From positions 144,460,001 through 144,524,000 of the forward strand of contig OZ038378.1 of NCBI GenBank assembly GCA_964036045.1: a stretch of DNA of 64,000 nucleotides, given 5' to 3'. Below the pieces are notes generated by a model. The model searched no databases. It saw only the letters and a program-made list of their open reading frames with translations, and was not told where the DNA came from. A program made the translations under genes and the position numbers. Positions 59,754-64,000 of this stretch are shown piece by piece (position 1 is the stretch's first letter; each line of letters starts with the position of its first letter). Origin of the DNA: Eutreptiella sp. 'Long Island Sound 2002' (taxonomy: Eukaryota; Protista; Euglenida).

Positions 59754-62700
59754 ACGAAGACATGCGGGCAACACGTGCATAACATGCACAAACCAAGTAC
59801 AAAAGACCCTACTGCAGTGTGAGGAACACACCTTCGTTCACCTCTTGACCTTGCATGTTGCTGGGACCTCATTGCCCAGGCCGAGAGGTTTACTCAGGTA
59901 TGTTGAGACCTATCCCTATCTCTACTGTCCCTCCCTGTCAACATCCCATGTCACCATGAGCATCCACTAGCATAGGCTAGGAAGGGACAACTACTCGTGT
60001 CCAAAGGGTAGAGACACGCTTTTTGATCACACCATTCAACCAACTCTTGTTTTTTCAACCTACTTGTGTTTGAGGTAAGGGATAACATGTTCGATCGCAC
60101 CATTCAAACAGAAAGGGACAACATATTTGATCCCACCATTCAAAGAGAAAGGGACAACATGTTTGATCCCACCATTCAACCAAAAAACTACCATTTGGAT
60201 TTTCGTACATCTCCTTCCAATGGTTTGCACACTTCTAATGGTTTGCGATGGGTGGTTCGAACAGGTTCGTATGGGTGGTTGCAACATTTTGGTACAGATT
60301 TCCTTATGAGTGCTTCAAATGGTTTGGGATGGGTGGTTTGCACATTCTTGTTTGAGCAACTTGGCAACCCAGCAGCCTGGCAACCCTTTATGAATGGGCG
60401 CATGCACAGGGCGCGCTTGATGAATCAACTCTCGTTGCGACATTCTTGCAAGGGGCACAACTCGGCTTGGAATAAATTCCTGTCTCTCAATGAATCACTG
60501 GGATTTGAAACTGAAACACGGTACTCTAGAAGGTCAAATTTCTTCTGCAATATGTTGCTTGCCATTAAAAAACTCTATAATGGACACTGCACTCAGATGT
60601 CATGATTTGCACCACAAAATTCAACAATACAATCTGCTGGCATAGGAATTTGGCCCAGTCCTAGTAGGGAACTCGACCTGGGACCATTCATCCTGCTGGC
60701 CTCAAAACAGGGCACCACGTGTTTGCCGAGCAATTTAACTTACTGCGGCCTACACGACGCTTGCTGAGAAAAATAGGGATTCCTGGGGGACGGGTAGATA
60801 ATTCAGATCTAAGATAAGAAGCTGCATCCTTTACTAAAAACCTCAAATCTGTGGGGCTGTCATTTTTTTTGGGAATTTCTCGTTCCTAGGAAAACAACTT
60901 ATCTTGGGTACCCCCTAGATTCTACTCCCTCGTATTGAATCAGGCTGGTTTTTAGGATCTGGACAATGTTCCCCACAGACATTCAGCAACAATCTAAGCT
61001 AAAATTGAGTGACCGTGCCTGGGTGAACTAAGGAGAATGACGCTCGGCGAATATCCCATGGCCCGTGAGAGAAGCCTTTACTACATGTAGGGGCTTCAAC
61101 CAGCCATGTGGACTGTATAAACCTTAATGGGTAATGCTTAGATTTTTGCATGATGTCCTAAATGAGGCATCAGTGAGGGTTTGCGGTATGTTGCAAATTC
61201 TATTGCCTTCGGCAAGGCACCTCGAAGAGGGGAGAAGGACCACCATTGTTGAGTTGCTGAGGATGTAAAACTGCATGAGCAGGTTGTGCCAAAGCCCCCT
61301 TGGGAGCCCCCCACCCCCAACACCCAAATAGGGTGAAAACCACATAAAGAGGGGCTAAAACATGCTTTACATGGGATATTTGATCATTTTGGATGGTCAG
61401 AGTATCAAAAAAACCAGTTCCCCAAATTTCCATGTTTGAGCTGCCTAGGCTGGAAAACTGCATCCAAATTTCCATGTTTGAGCTGCCTAGGCTGGAAAAC
61501 TGCATCAGCAGGTGGTGCCCCAGCCCACTTGGGAGCCCCCCCCCCCCCCACCCCCAACACCCAAATAGGGTGAAAACCACATTAAGAGGGGCTAAAACAT
61601 CCTTTACATAGGATATTTGATACTTTTGGATGGTCAAAATATCACAAAAAAAATCTGTTTCAGAAATTTCCATTTTTGAGCTGCCGAGGCTGTAAAACTG
61701 CACCAGCAGGTTGTGCCCCGGCCCCCTTGGGACCCTCCCCTGGACCCAAATAGGGTGAAAAACACACAAAAAGTGTCTGAAACATGCTCTACATAGCATA
61801 TTTCATCATTGTGAGCGGTCACAATATCAAAATTTTTGGCAAAGATTTCCCGTTTTTGACCTGTAGAGGGTGGAAAACTGCTTAGGCAGTTCGTGCACAC
61901 ACCAAACACCATTGAACCAAGAAGCTTTTGGGGGGGCCATGGCTCAGGCTAGATGGGCCCAATGGTCACTACGTGGGCCCCCATTGGTGCTCAAGTACCC
62001 GTATTGTCACCAAATGATCACCCAAACCCATCCTAGGGGCAACAGAAGGGTTTCGGAAAAAGTCGAAATGTGAAAAATTTTCAAGTGTCACTAAACGCCC
62101 TACGCAATAGCAATTTTGGGGCTTTTGGGGGACCCATGGCACGGGCTACATAGGCCTAGCAGCCACGACATGGGTCCCCACGTGTGCTCAAGTTCCCGTA
62201 TTGTAACCAAATGATCACCCAGACCCATCCTAGGGGCAACGGAAGGGTTTTATGAAAAATCCAATTTCAAAAAACTTTCACGAGCCACTAAACAGCATGT
62301 CCAGTGTGAAAACGGTTCAGTCCTTAGTGGCAAGGGGCGGCTCAATCATGGTCGGTAACAGATACTGGATGCCCCCGCCCAGGCAATGTCAGCCAATGTT
62401 CCAAGTGTCAGCAAACAGCGGAGGACAACGAATCACAGGGGACCAAAAACACGTCTTTTTGTGGACAGTAAAAACACTGCATGGTGCCAATCTGAACAAC
62501 CAATGTACAAAGAAGAGGTATTATGCAATGTCCCAAAGTAAGGGATGCCTCCAACTCAGGTGACCCACAACCCATTAAGCCGACAGGTCGGCAAAACGAG
62601 GCGGCAAAGTGCCACAAACCTAGTGATTCGGCAAAACAAATCGGCGAAGATAATAAACGCAACAATTTGGCAGACCGATTCGGCAAATTCGGCCAAATTC

Positions 62701-64000
62701 GGCCGCCGAATTGGGGGCGGGGTTGACATAGGGGGGGGGGGGGGCACTGGGGGTACCTGGAGTTGGGACCCAAGACCCCCGCTATGGGTTAGGGGGTCCA
62801 TATACAAGAAAAAAGTTCTTTGGGACCCAGGTCCAAATACACACACAGCGGCCACAATACACAAAGAAGTTTTGACCCCCGCCCCAAAAAAAAAGTGTAC
62901 CCAGGTGCGGGGGGGGGGGGGGGTAAGGGGGTCAAAATCCAAGAAATCATTGGGGGATCATTTTTGGTCCTAAAATGATGATTTTACAAGGGGTTAGACG
63001 TCATGGGATTATCCAGCCCACATGGTTTGTTGAAGCCTTTGTATGTAGAACGGGCAACTCCACCGCCATGGGATATTTGCTGAGTTCATTCTACTCCCTT
63101 CACCAGGGCATGGTCACTCCGCTTTTGCAAATGACCTCGAAGAGAGGTTGTTAGATCAAGCGCAGGCGCGAGCGTCGTATACCCCCCTTTTTGGGGGTCT
63201 TTCGCGTAGCATACCCCAATCAAAGCATGCCACAAGAGGACGAATGCACACAGGAATCGCATCAAAACATTGCTGGACTTCAACATTGTCACCTGCAAGA
63301 CAAGCCTACAGCTGGAGCCCATTCCAGTGGCATGCCTACTCTGAGAGAGCAGAGGGTGTGCGGAGGGGGCAGAGGCTGCTGGCCAGACATACCCACTCTT
63401 TTCGGCCCAGGGCAGTAGCCCGTGCGGACATACACGCAGCATCATTGAATGTGCTTTATTCCACTCCTTCCTCTGCCAATGCGCATATACTGGAGCCCCC
63501 GCCCCCCTGGCAATCTCCCCCATTAGCGCGCTACGGTCTCCCGGGTGGGTGGGGCGGCGGTCGTCAAGTGACAGTCTCCCAAGGGGGTGGGGGGTTGCAA
63601 GGGTATTGCAAGGCATGGGGATAACGTCCGGTGACTCCGGAGACTTGGGTCGTCCGGTGACTCCGGAGACTTGGGTGATTCAACCACCACAGCCTCTAGC
63701 CTTGAGGGTTGAGCGCTCTCATGATCCATTGGAGTGACCCCACCAGGGCGTATGTACCCAATGTGGTACAACTGTGGCCCATTTGGTGAAGGGTCCATGA
63801 CAGTGGCCAACACATGTGCACCAAGTGTGCGTGAGTGGTACCGTAAACGGTCACAGGCAGAAAACATCTTGCGTCTGAAATAGCAACATAACACACCCAT
63901 ACGGCACCTTTGGAGAGAGAATATCACAGAACACATGCAGGTGATTGATTTGAAGCAACGGGAAGCAATGCAAGGCCATGTGTAAGGCAGATGGGCAACA

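Larger units (their letters stand above)
55795..64000. repeat. Copy B of the segmental duplication (runs off the window end)
   Basis: Colinear with copy A; holds the empty site of the 21.6-kb insertion at ~61530-61555. Confidence 0.85.

Noticed and set aside
60066-60605. 179-aa ORF with ERDNMFDPTIQ repeats
   Set aside because: It is in frame only because the unit is 33 bp; the paralogous copy A is broken into several frames.

Overview
Eukaryotic, repeat-dominated window, almost certainly from a euglenid. Two near-perfect copies of the euglenid spliced-leader (SL) sequence lie directly upstream of a duplicated, intronless 485-aa ORF that looks like an SL-bearing retrocopy. Most of the window is nested or decayed mobile DNA. 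(i) A 2.67-kb Foldback/MULE-like element with an 11-bp TSD carries an 85-bp minisatellite. (ii) There are two broken tyrosine-recombinase (DIRS/Ngaro-type) retroelements. (iii) A Harbinger-type transposase pseudogene and several MITEs are present. (iv) An ~8.5-kb tandem segmental duplication has a first copy that received a 21.6-kb nest in a poly-C run. That nest is an unusual Penelope-like element: CCHC knuckles, a coiled coil, a long unknown region and an RT, no GIY-YIG endonuclease, and 270-bp direct terminal repeats each holding a hammerhead-like core. It is itself split by a 2.2-kb two-module insertion and by a 13.9-kb hAT composite (8-bp TSD CAGATGAG) made of 2.32-kb tandem units. Family assignments come from motif recognition by eye; no database search was possible.
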